Positions 29,294 through 39,080 of a stretch of DNA of 64,000 nucleotides are shown here, piece after piece; within the stretch, counting starts at the first letter, position 1; each line of letters opens with the position of its first letter. The position numbers and the translations under genes are program-made. A model generated the notes under the pieces. That model saw nothing but the letters and a program-made list of their open reading frames with translations. It was not told the origin of the DNA and searched no databases. The stretch is from positions 40,470 to 104,469 of the forward strand of contig JABWCP010000006.1 of NCBI GenBank assembly GCA_013360215.1, read 5' to 3'. The stretch comes from a bacterium. GTDB taxonomy: Bacteria; CLD3; SB21.

Positions 29294-30610
29294 ATGAAGC
29301 GTATCATACCACTAATGCTGTTACTTATTATCGGAAGTAATCCCGTCAACGCTCAGATACCACAATACATCACTTTTCAGGGTGTGCTGACGGAGGCGGA
29401 CGGCAACCCCAAACCGGACGGCAATTATTCAATTGATTTCAAGATTTACGATCAACCATCCGGAGGCACTTCAAAATACAGCCAGAACGAAAGTGTTTCG
29501 ATCAGACGCGGTGTTTTTTCCGTCAAACTCGGCCCTTTGCCGGCCACGCTCCGATTTGATGTACCTTATTATCTGGGCATCACAGTATCCGGTGGCATAG
29601 AGATGTCACCGCGCATTGCGCTGAATAGCACGCCGTATAGTTTGTCATCTGTTCGAGCCGATACGGCAAAAACTACTCTGGATGGCGGCATCACTTCCGC
29701 TAAAATAGCCTCCGGTTCGATTTCTGACGGACATGTCGCTTCAGGAGCGGCTATCGCCGGTACGAAAATCACACCTAATTTTGGTTCACAAAATATCACA
29801 ACAAGCGGAAGCGTGACGGCCACATCATTTAGCGGAGATGGAAGTGCACTGACCAACGTCGGCGCAGGTAGTATTCCTGACGGCTCAATAACATCCACTA
29901 AAATATTGGACGGAACGATCACCAATGCAGATATAAACGCGACGGCAGGTATTGCGACGAGCAAGATTAGTGGTACGGTGACTTCCATCAGCGGACACGG
30001 CCTTGGGAGTCTAGCAACTAAAAATACTGTGGACTCTTCTACGATTACCGACGGCTCGATAACGAATGCAGACATACGTGCCAATGCGGGCATATCCGGA
30101 ACTAAAATCAATCCAGATTTTGGTAGTCAGAATGTGGCTACGACAGGAAATGTCACTGCAAATAGTATTCAGGGAGACGGGGGGAACCTTACAGGGTTTA
30201 TGAAAATAAGACAAATAGTTCAAGATGGTCATAGTAGTCAGGTTTCATGCAATTCAGAAGAAACAAAATCAGTTATAAGTTTATCGCTTAATGTAGGGAG
30301 CACTACAAACCATGTCTTAATTCAAATTTCAAGTGAAATTCGCGCTGATGCTGGTTCGAATATCAGGACAGGAATAATCAGACTAAAACGCAATGGAGCC
30401 ACCACCATCAAGGCCCAGGAAATAACAACATATGCTGTTCCGTTTAAGACGCCATTTTCAATGTCATATGTTGATTCACCTAATTCAAGTTCTTTGGTTA
30501 CTTACGAACTTGAAGTGTCAACTGTTGGAAGCTCACCATTGGTTTTGAATTTTAATAGTGGATCATTCCTAAATGGTATAACAATGACTTTAATGGAAAT
30601 CGCGCCTTGA
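29294..30610 (+). CDS. Secreted Ser/Thr/Gly-rich protein with ~60-aa periodic repeats and a distinct C-terminal domain
   Basis: Signal peptide; at least three repeat units of the pattern ITxAxIxxGxI...GTKIxPxFGSQNxxTxGxVTAxSxxGDGxxLT. Confidence 0.55.
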   Translation: MKRIIPLMLLLIIGSNPVNAQIPQYITFQGVLTEADGNPKPDGNYSIDFKIYDQPSGGTSKYSQNESVSIRRGVFSVKLGPLPATLRFDVPYYLGITVSGGIEMSPRIALNSTPYSLSSVRADTAKTTLDGGITSAKIASGSISDGHVASGAAIAGTKITPNFGSQNITTSGSVTATSFSGDGSALTNVGAGSIPDGSITSTKILDGTITNADINATAGIATSKISGTVTSISGHGLGSLATKNTVDSSTITDGSITNADIRANAGISGTKINPDFGSQNVATTGNVTANSIQGDGGNLTGFMKIRQIVQDGHSSQVSCNSEETKSVISLSLNVGSTTNHVLIQISSEIRADAGSNIRTGIIRLKRNGATTIKAQEITTYAVPFKTPFSMSYVDSPNSSSLVTYELEVSTVGSSPLVLNFNSGSFLNGITMTLMEIAP

Positions 30611-30646
30611 AATTAACGTTATCAATAAATCGTACAAATCTTCAAA

Positions 30647-30946
30647 GTGGAGGAAATTAAAATGGAATTTCATGATTTAAATCTTGAAGAAATAGAAAAT
30701 CTAACAAAAGACGAGTTAAGAATTGCTTCATTGGAAATGGATTCAGAAATCAATGACTTGGAAGTGTTACTTGTTTCCACAACAATCACAACGAATTTCT
30801 GCTCATTGTATCGCCCAAAAATGCGTAAGACCCTTAAGAGAATTCTTAATATTATATCCCATCCTATACTCAAGGCTATAATTGGAAGCAAGCCATCCAA
30901 AGCATTAAAAAAAATAATCGAAATTCTTGACAAGGTTTGTCCATAA
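30647..30946 (+). CDS. Hypothetical small protein in AT-rich spacer (doubtful)
   Basis: 99-aa ORF, very AT-rich, no convincing RBS. Confidence 0.2.
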   Translation: MEEIKMEFHDLNLEEIENLTKDELRIASLEMDSEINDLEVLLVSTTITTNFCSLYRPKMRKTLKRILNIISHPILKAIIGSKPSKALKKIIEILDKVCP

Positions 30947-31256
30947 ATATTATGGTTAAAAAAGAACAATGTTCTGATTCAATTGATAAGAATCTGCAGT
31001 CGATAAGAATAACTGAATCCGAACTTAATTATAAGAAGTTTTATTTTTAATTTATTTTTTTCCAAATAGCGGCCTTGTATAGCAGTATCGCATTTGAGCA
31101 ACACTTTTTCTGGACGTGCATGATGTAAACGACGATCTAAATTAAAAATTCAATGATACCGATATGTCTTCGAACTCCATTTTGCCTTGCTCGATTGGTT
31201 TGATTTTGACTTACGCTTAGTATGTCAATTGTCTTCAATAAATCATAGGTATTCTC

Positions 31257-33692
31257 ATGAAAAAAATCATTCTCATATCATTATTATTTGCACAAAATTG
31301 GAATCCTATTTATTCTCAAGAACAAATTTTACTACCTTCGTTCACGTCAGGATTTGATAAACCATCGGGTTCTGGAGCGGTGATCTCGGCATCCATCGGT
31401 GTGATCGCTGCCGATACCAGTACGGGTTCGGGCGTTTCACTGGGCGGAGGATTTTTCGGTTATACGATCAATACGGTGCCGCCGACACGCGTTGCTAATT
31501 TTACCGCCAATCCGGTAGATACCACACAAGTGACACTGGCATGGCAAGCAAGTATAGGGGACACGTCAAGTTTTCGTTATTTCATATATCGCGGCGCTAC
31601 GCGTACCGGCGCTTATCAGCGTGTGGATTCGACGATCAGAACGCAACTGAATATCAATGATATAGGTCGTGTACGCAAAACAGTGTACTTTTATTACGTG
31701 ACTGCAAAAAATCGTTGGGGTACTTCTTACACATCAGACACGGCACAGGTCACGACCTACGGCGAACCCGATACGCCTTCCAGCTTTACGGCACAATTGG
31801 AGTCAGGCAAAGTCAATCGCATCCAGATGACATGGTCAGCTTCAGATTTTGACCCGTCGCAGTATAAAATCTACAGATCAAACCAAGCAACAACCGGTTT
31901 TGTTGCTATAGATTCTGTCCATAGCGGTACTTTAGTATTCACCGATAGCACACTGCAATTGGGTGCGACATACTACTACAATGTTCGGGCAAAGAATAGT
32001 TGGGGAGAGTCGGCACCCACCATCACGCGCAATGTTACATCCGGAAATCTGACGCTGGCCTATTCCGGTACACCGCCTACCAATGTCACAGAAAATCAAT
32101 CAGCGCTCGTACAGGCTACGATCAATGCGGATCGGGGCAATGGGGATATCGTGAAGCTGTATTATAAGGCCGGCGGCGCGGCTTCTTATTCGGATTCGGC
32201 AGATATGAATTATTCCGGAGGCGTATATTCATATTCGATTCCGTGGAATAAGATTGCTTCGCGCGGTGCCGTTTATTTTGTTCGTGCTCGTGTGGGTAAT
32301 TCAAACCAATCGGAATCTGAAAAACATATCACCGCTGCTATAACTTCCGGTGTGACCAAAAGTAATAGTCAGCCTGTAGCAGTAGCCAAAAAACATGACC
32401 TATCCAAATTTGAAATTATCTCCATTCCTCTCGACATCACCGGCGCAAAAGATGTGAATACAGTGCTTGGATCAATTTTTGGAGAAAAGGGCAAAGAGTG
32501 GGAAATATGGAACTATAGCAGCGGCAATCAGATTTTTACCGGTAATATTGCTTCCGGAAAAGGGTATTGGTTCATTACGACCAAAGAGGGTTCGCTTAAA
32601 ACCGGCGCGGCCAAAACTTTTACTACCGAAACGCCATACACTGTGAGCGTACAGTCAGGATGGAATATTATCGGCAATCCGTTCCATTTCGACGTTTCGA
32701 CGTCGGATATTATTCCCTCTTCCGGAGTCTCTATTGAAAATTCTAAATTCTACACTTGGGGCGTCAACAAAGATTGGCAGGAAGTAAGTTCGATCAAACC
32801 GTGGTTCGGTTACTACGTAAAAGTCATCGGCAATGGGAATTTGCTTATTTATCCTAAAGCGGCCGGGAGTGTTTCTAAACCTCTTATGAGAAGCGTTGCA
32901 TCGGATTTTGACAAAGGCGAATGGTTGATCAATATTCAAGCCGTAAGCGAAGAAATCGCAGATAAACATAATTTTATCGGTGCGCTTTCCCATGCGGATG
33001 ATGCCGTGGATGAAGAAGATTATTACGATACACCGTTACCGCCGGGCGATCAGCGTCTGCACCTCTATTTTCCGCATAAGGATTGGGGATCGAAGTCTGA
33101 TGACTACGGGATCGATATGCGCCGCGTATCGGAGGAAGGCCATACGTGGGATTTTGAAGTGTCAACGAATATCACGCGTTCTCATATAGTGATCGGCGAG
33201 CCGGTGAATCTGCCGGAAAATTTCAGTGTGCGCGTTATGGATACGGATTTGCGTGTAATGTACGATGCGAAGCAACAAAAAGAAATTCCTGTAATCCTGA
33301 CTTCCAAAACGAGCGACGCGCGACATTATAAAGTGCTCGTAGGAACGGAAGCATATATCAATGCGCACGATATGGGTTTTTTGGGCTTGCCTACAGGATT
33401 CGAATTAAATCAAAACTATCCCAATCCCTTTAATCCGACAACGACAATCAAGTTTGCGCTTCCCGTTGCATCAAAAATTGAAATTACGATTTATAATGCT
33501 TTAGGTCAGGTGGTGCGTAAGCTTGCAGATCGCGAGTATGCGGCGGGGTATCAGTTCGCCCAATGGGACGGAAAAGACAATCGTGGAAGCATGGCGGCGT
33601 CCGGAGTGTACATCTACCGTCTGACCGCACGCAGTTTAGACGGTTCAGGTAAAAGTTTTACGAAATCCCAAAAGATGCTGCTGATGAAGTGA
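31257..33692 (+). CDS. Secreted fibronectin-type-III repeat protein with T9SS (Por) C-terminal sorting domain
   Basis: Signal peptide; FN3-like modules (W/Y/T pattern: LAWQAS...YFYYVTAKN; MTWSAS...YYYNVRAKN). C-terminal NQNYPNPFNPTTTIKFALP...IYNALGQVV...GVYIYRL is a typical T9SS CTD. Confidence 0.75.
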   Translation: MKKIILISLLFAQNWNPIYSQEQILLPSFTSGFDKPSGSGAVISASIGVIAADTSTGSGVSLGGGFFGYTINTVPPTRVANFTANPVDTTQVTLAWQASIGDTSSFRYFIYRGATRTGAYQRVDSTIRTQLNINDIGRVRKTVYFYYVTAKNRWGTSYTSDTAQVTTYGEPDTPSSFTAQLESGKVNRIQMTWSASDFDPSQYKIYRSNQATTGFVAIDSVHSGTLVFTDSTLQLGATYYYNVRAKNSWGESAPTITRNVTSGNLTLAYSGTPPTNVTENQSALVQATINADRGNGDIVKLYYKAGGAASYSDSADMNYSGGVYSYSIPWNKIASRGAVYFVRARVGNSNQSESEKHITAAITSGVTKSNSQPVAVAKKHDLSKFEIISIPLDITGAKDVNTVLGSIFGEKGKEWEIWNYSSGNQIFTGNIASGKGYWFITTKEGSLKTGAAKTFTTETPYTVSVQSGWNIIGNPFHFDVSTSDIIPSSGVSIENSKFYTWGVNKDWQEVSSIKPWFGYYVKVIGNGNLLIYPKAAGSVSKPLMRSVASDFDKGEWLINIQAVSEEIADKHNFIGALSHADDAVDEEDYYDTPLPPGDQRLHLYFPHKDWGSKSDDYGIDMRRVSEEGHTWDFEVSTNITRSHIVIGEPVNLPENFSVRVMDTDLRVMYDAKQQKEIPVILTSKTSDARHYKVLVGTEAYINAHDMGFLGLPTGFELNQNYPNPFNPTTTIKFALPVASKIEITIYNALGQVVRKLADREYAAGYQFAQWDGKDNRGSMAASGVYIYRLTARSLDGSGKSFTKSQKMLLMK

Positions 33693-34148
33693 ATCAATTT
33701 TTGTTCAGCGATAAGCTTTGGACGGAAGATAGATGCTTTGATCATAAACGATACAAAATACCGGAATACTCGCGTGCGCGAAAATCTATACGGATAAACA
33801 TGATTGATACAACCTAGTATGGGCACCGGCTTTGACAGTTGAAATTTCCTCTATCGAGCATTCTAGGGCAAAACCAAGTGACTATTGCATAATAGAGTTT
33901 ATTTAAACTATGTTTAACCATTATGCTCCAAAATTTACCGTGTATGCTACGGGAAGCGGTGTTGGTGTCTTGTGTATATACATTAATTTTAACTCCTCGT
34001 CACTGCAATAATGCTGTAGTGTCGAGGTGTCGTGAGTGATCGATTCTCTTTAGCACGCCTTAGAGTGTTCTTCTTTTTCTAAAAAATATTTCGCGCTGGA
34101 AAAAATAGCAAGTGTGATACTTTTTAAGGGCCTCAAAAATATCAGTCC

Positions 34149-37100
34149 ATGATACACAACACGTTAATGCTATTCCGGTTATATTTTTTTTATTTGCTCT
34201 TAACAGGTTATCTATCGCAAATATGCGCACAGCCTGAAGCATATCATGTAGATAAGATCGGCCGTGAACACGGCCTTTTGCAAAACAGGGTAACGTGTCT
34301 TTTGCAAAGTCGCGACGGTCGGATATGGATCGGAACCCGTGAAGGGTTGCATTGTTACGATGGCTCACTAATGAAGTTGTACCTCTCGGATTCTCTGGCC
34401 GCATCACTATCGAGTAATTACATAACAGCGATTGCCGAAGACAGTCTGGAAAGTATATGGGTCGGCACCGAACGTGGCTTAAATCGTATAAATCGTTACT
34501 CCGGGGAGGTTTCCCGTCATCCGGTGATTACGGAAGATCAGCATTCAGTTTCAGATGGTCGCGTAACAAGTCTTTTTACTGATGCTCGCGGGCGTTTATG
34601 GGTCGGGACTTTGCAGGGCTTATTTCGGTTTTCGGAAAATGGCTTTATATCCTATCCACTAAAATGGCCAGACAAAACGGATTCGACGATATTGTTTCCT
34701 GTACGTGTCATGTATCAGCCGCTTCATAATCCGGATGAACTCTGGATCGGCACTACCGGACTAGGTATGCTCGTAATGGATATGGACAAAGGTGTTTATA
34801 CACGCGTAGCTGCGGTGACTACCCGCGCACCGACTGCTGATATTTCGACTGTATGGTCTATCTATAGTCAGGGAGACTCCGTCGTGTGGATGGGCACCCC
34901 CAATGGTCTTATCCGATGGGGGCGAACTTATAATCAATGGCGTTCATACCAGCCGCAAAAAACAGATCGGTATAGTATCAATGATTTACGCATACGATGT
35001 GTAACGACTGCCGATGCCTCGGGCTTATGGATCGGTACATCGAACGGAGGGTTAAATTATTTCGACATGGTTTCGGAACGTTTTTATCATATAGGCAATG
35101 ATCCCGATAATGCTGTTTTTTTTCGTGATTATGTCAATGCTTTAATCAAAACTTCTGACGGTACATTATGGGTCGGAACGCATGCTCATGAACTATATAA
35201 AATATCGAAAACGGCGATACAGTATAAGCATTATGCCACCAAAGACGGATTACCGCACGATATGGTGCGCTGCTTTTGGGAAGACATAGACAGCGCCGTC
35301 TGGGTAGGGACAGAAAATGGCGTAGCACGATGGGCCGAAGGCCAATTCAGCGTATTCCCGGTTGCTATGAGTAACTTACAAATACGGATGATCTACCGGG
35401 ATCGTAGGCAAAACTTATGGATCGGTTCCCGATTAGGAGGTATTTGGCGGCAAGATGCGAACAAAACGATAAGGCGATTTGTACAAAATAAAAATTTGCT
35501 CGGCTCGCTTTCGGGAAATCGCGTTTACACCTGTTACGAAGATACGCTGTCAGATGTACTGTGGGTAGGTACTTATAAAGGTGGATTAAACCGTTTTGAT
35601 TATAGCAGCGCACGCTTTGAACTCTACCGGTATGATTCATCACGATTTGGAAATTCTAATTACGAATTTGTCAATGCCATTGCTTTACAATCGGATTCCA
35701 TCGTGTGGCTGGGTACACGGCATCACGGATTGATTCGTTTCGATGTGCGCCGACGGCAGTTTCGTTATTTTTCCGGAGAACGTTATGGCGCCGAAGACAA
35801 TCATGTATATGGATTGTGCATTGATCGAAAAGGGTATTTATGGGTTGCGACCGGTAAAGGGCTTCAGCGATGGGACATGCAAAATCTGACACCCACGGTA
35901 TTTACCGTTAAGGACGGTTTGGCTAATGATATGGTGTATTCAGTGCAGGAAGATTTGCACGGTCGGATTTGGCTTACCAATAACAATGGTCTGACGGTGC
36001 TGCGTTGGGGTGATGAAAATCAAAAGCCATCGGTTACTAATTTTTCCGGCGGTAAAGATTTGCCTATACGTCAGTTCGAGCCCGGGTCGGGCTTCAGAAA
36101 AAAAGACGGTACTTTACTTTTTGGAGGCGTCGAAGGGTTTATTCATGTATTCCCGGAGAGCGTTGAAAAAAAAGATAATCTTCTTAGGCCCTATCTTACA
36201 CGGTTTGAAGTTTTTCAGGAAGCGTGGCCATTGGATACCGTGATAGATCGAAAAACGGCGATCGTACTCCCGTATGATAAAAATTTTTTTACTTTTCAGT
36301 TCTCAGCCATCGGGTTTCAGCGTTCCGATGAGTTGGAGTTTGAATATCTATTGGAAGGTTTAGATCGCCATTGGGTGACTGTACACCGAGGTCAGCGAGA
36401 TGTATCTTATGCCAATATTCGATCAGGCGAGTATTTCTTTACATTGCGGGCCAAGCTTGACGGTGCAATCGTGGGCATGCCCGCACGAATAAAGGTTATC
36501 GTTCAAACCGCATGGTGGGATACCATACTTTTTCGTCTATCTATAATTGTGATCGTTTTGATTTCCGGAGCCGGCATATTCCGAATGCAATCAAAGCGCA
36601 TGCATAAGAGAAACAAAGAACTCAGGGAATTATCCAATCATCTTGTGCAAGCCCGTGAATCCGAAAGGCTCAAAATAGCCCGCGAAATTCACGATGAATT
36701 AGGGCAGAGCCTTGCGGTGATGAAAATCGAAGCATCCGTGGTTGATGATGACCATACTTCCATAATACATCTGATCGACGAGGCCGCTCGAAAGGTCCAG
36801 TCTATTGCACTGGAACTTCGTCCGGCTATTTTAGACGACATCGGTTTATCGGCAGCAATAGCGGCGCATATGCGGGATATTATCTTAAAAACGAATATCC
36901 ATTGGCGGTTGGATATAAATGATGTAGAAGCATCCGACTTGGCTAATATTACGGCGTTCAGGATTTTCCAGGAGTGCGTGACCAATATCCTGCGCCATTC
37001 CAACGCCACCGAAGCTTCCGTAACGCTGAGTCAAACGCAAGGTAAACTATTTTTAACCGTCGATGATAACGGATCGGGAATCGATGAAATACATCTTACG

Positions 37101-37235
37101 AGCAGTAAATCAATCGGCCTGATCGGCATGCGTGAGCGTATCCGTGCTGTCGGCGGTCATATTTTTATCAAAACGGCTGTCGGACAGGGAACCCATATCC
37201 GTGTTGAACTGCCATCAGAACCCGTGGAGTCATGA
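34149..37235 (+). CDS. Sensor histidine kinase with periplasmic beta-propeller (Reg_prop/Y_Y_Y-type) sensor, HisKA_3 and HATPase domains
   Basis: Signal peptide; many WVGT/WIGT propeller repeats; TM before ERLKIAREIHDELGQSL H-box (NarX-type); HATPase motifs DDNGSGI and GLIGMRER. Confidence 0.85.
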   Translation: MIHNTLMLFRLYFFYLLLTGYLSQICAQPEAYHVDKIGREHGLLQNRVTCLLQSRDGRIWIGTREGLHCYDGSLMKLYLSDSLAASLSSNYITAIAEDSLESIWVGTERGLNRINRYSGEVSRHPVITEDQHSVSDGRVTSLFTDARGRLWVGTLQGLFRFSENGFISYPLKWPDKTDSTILFPVRVMYQPLHNPDELWIGTTGLGMLVMDMDKGVYTRVAAVTTRAPTADISTVWSIYSQGDSVVWMGTPNGLIRWGRTYNQWRSYQPQKTDRYSINDLRIRCVTTADASGLWIGTSNGGLNYFDMVSERFYHIGNDPDNAVFFRDYVNALIKTSDGTLWVGTHAHELYKISKTAIQYKHYATKDGLPHDMVRCFWEDIDSAVWVGTENGVARWAEGQFSVFPVAMSNLQIRMIYRDRRQNLWIGSRLGGIWRQDANKTIRRFVQNKNLLGSLSGNRVYTCYEDTLSDVLWVGTYKGGLNRFDYSSARFELYRYDSSRFGNSNYEFVNAIALQSDSIVWLGTRHHGLIRFDVRRRQFRYFSGERYGAEDNHVYGLCIDRKGYLWVATGKGLQRWDMQNLTPTVFTVKDGLANDMVYSVQEDLHGRIWLTNNNGLTVLRWGDENQKPSVTNFSGGKDLPIRQFEPGSGFRKKDGTLLFGGVEGFIHVFPESVEKKDNLLRPYLTRFEVFQEAWPLDTVIDRKTAIVLPYDKNFFTFQFSAIGFQRSDELEFEYLLEGLDRHWVTVHRGQRDVSYANIRSGEYFFTLRAKLDGAIVGMPARIKVIVQTAWWDTILFRLSIIVIVLISGAGIFRMQSKRMHKRNKELRELSNHLVQARESERLKIAREIHDELGQSLAVMKIEASVVDDDHTSIIHLIDEAARKVQSIALELRPAILDDIGLSAAIAAHMRDIILKTNIHWRLDINDVEASDLANITAFRIFQECVTNILRHSNATEASVTLSQTQGKLFLTVDDNGSGIDEIHLTSSKSIGLIGMRERIRAVGGHIFIKTAVGQGTHIRVELPSEPVES

Positions 37236-37236
37236 T

Positions 37237-37857
37237 ATGTATGTGCTTATTGTAGATGATCATGCCGTTGTACGCTTTGGCGTTGAAAAAATATTGAGCG
37301 CCGAATTTAAAGAAGTACGTATTGACGAAGCATCCGACGGAGAAAAAGCTTTGGAGCTATTCAGAATTTCGGATTATGATCTTATTTTGCTTGATATGGC
37401 TCTACCCGGGCGCAATGGGTTTGATGTCCTTCGGCATATTAAGACTGAAAAACCGGATCAGCGTGTTTTGGTATTATCTATGCAGACACAGGAGGAGTAT
37501 GCCTTACGCGTGCTCAAGGCCGGTGCAAACGCTTTTGTCTGTAAGACATCACTGACGGATGAACTTATTGTAGCCATACATCGTGTAATGCGAGGCGGTA
37601 GATTTGTCTCCGCACCTATTGCCGAAGCCGTGACTGTATCATTTGGAACGGATGAGGTTATACACCGAAAACTCTCTCAGCGCGAATTTCAGGTGTTGTG
37701 CCTGATCGGTGGCGGGAAAACGGTAACTGAGATAGCGGACGAATTGTGCATCAGTGTAAAAACGGTCAGCACCTTACGTGAGCGCTTATTGAAAAAACTA
37801 GGACTGAATACCACGGCTGAAATCATACGTTATGCGATCGAGAATAAATTTGTCTGA
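37237..37857 (+). CDS. Response regulator, NarL/LuxR family
   Basis: MYVLIVDDH receiver; C-terminal LuxR HTH (LSQREFQVLCLIGGGKTVTEIADELCISVKTV). ATG lies 1 nt after the kinase stop codon. Confidence 0.85.
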   Translation: MYVLIVDDHAVVRFGVEKILSAEFKEVRIDEASDGEKALELFRISDYDLILLDMALPGRNGFDVLRHIKTEKPDQRVLVLSMQTQEEYALRVLKAGANAFVCKTSLTDELIVAIHRVMRGGRFVSAPIAEAVTVSFGTDEVIHRKLSQREFQVLCLIGGGKTVTEIADELCISVKTVSTLRERLLKKLGLNTTAEIIRYAIENKFV

Positions 37858-38011
37858 TTGATCTTTCCGCCTTTGTTTGCGATCATCAAATAGCTCTTAC
37901 CTGCAATGCTTAAAGAATGATGGCTTTAAATTCGTAGCGCCTACAGATTTTGATCAATTTCAGGTTTAATCCACGTCATTGATGACCTATCTATTTCTCC
38001 GGCAAAAAACA

Positions 38012-38055
38012 TGTAGGACAAACCCCGACAACAAAATCAGAGTTTGTCCTACATA
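38012..38055. other. Perfect 13-bp inverted repeat (hairpin) without a U-tail
   Basis: atgtaggacaaac-N18-gtttgtcctacat, ~155 bp downstream of the LuxR regulator gene. Confidence 0.4.
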
Positions 38056-38307
38056 CAAACCTATGCGCTTTTGTTATCTTATAGCATATTTAAATCATCC
38101 GATTTCCTAATCTCAGTTTAAGACAGGTGACTTTTGGCTGATCGTGAAATCAGAGAACGCTATGTCATACGTTTGTTGATTATTATTTTTACAGCGGCTT
38201 TGCTGATAATGATATATCTGCTTGTAAGGCTTTAGATTTGAAGAAAAATCCGAACACAACATGACGGATAAAATGAATATACAGGCGAACGAAAAGGTGG
38301 AATTGAA

Positions 38308-38628
38308 GTGAAAAACGAGAAATACGATACAACAAGAGAATTTGTAACGACGTTGAGCGAAATAATAGCTCAACCGGGTCATCATGTACTGGATAAAATT
38401 GTTTCCATTTGTTCACGATTAAGGGGTACGTACGTACCATCGGCAAAGTACGTTCTTCGCCAGAGCGCCATTCATCGTGTGATTGATTTGCACCATCAGG
38501 GCAAGTCGGTTCGTGAAATTACCGCTTCCGTTGGTTTAAAAAAATCTACCGTTTATAAAATTCTCAAAGAGCATCACTTCAATGTGTGCACCCTCAAAAA
38601 ACGAAACGCGGGAACTGTAACTGCATAG
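38308..38628 (+). CDS. Small HTH DNA-binding protein, paralog B (GTG start)
   Basis: 106 aa; GLKKSTVYKILK HTH; paralog of 28055..28360. AAGGTGG RBS upstream of GTG. Confidence 0.55.
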   Translation: MKNEKYDTTREFVTTLSEIIAQPGHHVLDKIVSICSRLRGTYVPSAKYVLRQSAIHRVIDLHHQGKSVREITASVGLKKSTVYKILKEHHFNVCTLKKRNAGTVTA

Positions 38629-38748
38629 TAGGAAAGTAGTTCAATCCGACCGATTAGATTCTGAACCGAATTTTTTAAATTATGGCGACTCTGTTTTTAT
38701 TCTGGTAACATTCGGCACTAATATCATTCTACAGCAAGTACCTATCAT

Positions 38749-38830
38749 ATACAAGGCCGGGATATTAATCTTGATAATAAACAAACCGATCTATATCAAA
38801 GGTTTAAGAAAAAGTATGATTAGTGCCTAA
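38749..38830. repeat. Right copy of the 72-bp direct repeat (remnant of amidohydrolase 3' end); candidate attR-like boundary
   Basis: 68/72 identical to 20279..20350 (roughly 94%). Followed by a diverged terminator-like hairpin at 38861..38890. Confidence 0.6.
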
Positions 38831-38987
38831 AGCTATGGGATAAGAATTTCATTTTAAGTATAAAAAGCGGGTTTAACCTCGCTTTTTTTTATTAAAAAAA
38901 TTTTCAGTTTGTAATAATTTAGTCAAAATTTTGCTTTTAAAGTTTTGATAAAACTTCGTTTATGAGGTGAAATTTTTTATGACAAAT

Positions 38988-39007
38988 TTATGACAATTAT
39001 CATAGGG
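38988..39007. promoter_or_regulatory. Operator-like motif TTATGACAATTATCATAGGG upstream of the multiheme cytochrome gene
   Basis: Near-palindrome ATGACAATTATCAT. Identical flanks TTTTATGACAATT / TCATAGGG recur at 40641..40660. Confidence 0.45.
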
Positions 39008-39080
39008 ATGGTTTGGTCGTGTGTTTATTTTATATGCGAGATTCAACTCCAAACCAATCCTAAGTAGGAGGTAAAAAGCG

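Noticed and set aside
30950-31250. Short direct repeats in an AT-rich spacer as a possible CRISPR array
   Set aside because: Only two 9-bp repeat copies with irregular spacing. No regular repeat-spacer periodicity.
20360-38748. Integrase, transposase or recombinase expected inside the repeat-bounded island
   Set aside because: None of the translated ORFs shows tyrosine-recombinase (R..HxxR..Y) or DDE/serine-recombinase catalytic motifs. The island call therefore rests on the direct repeats and composition only.
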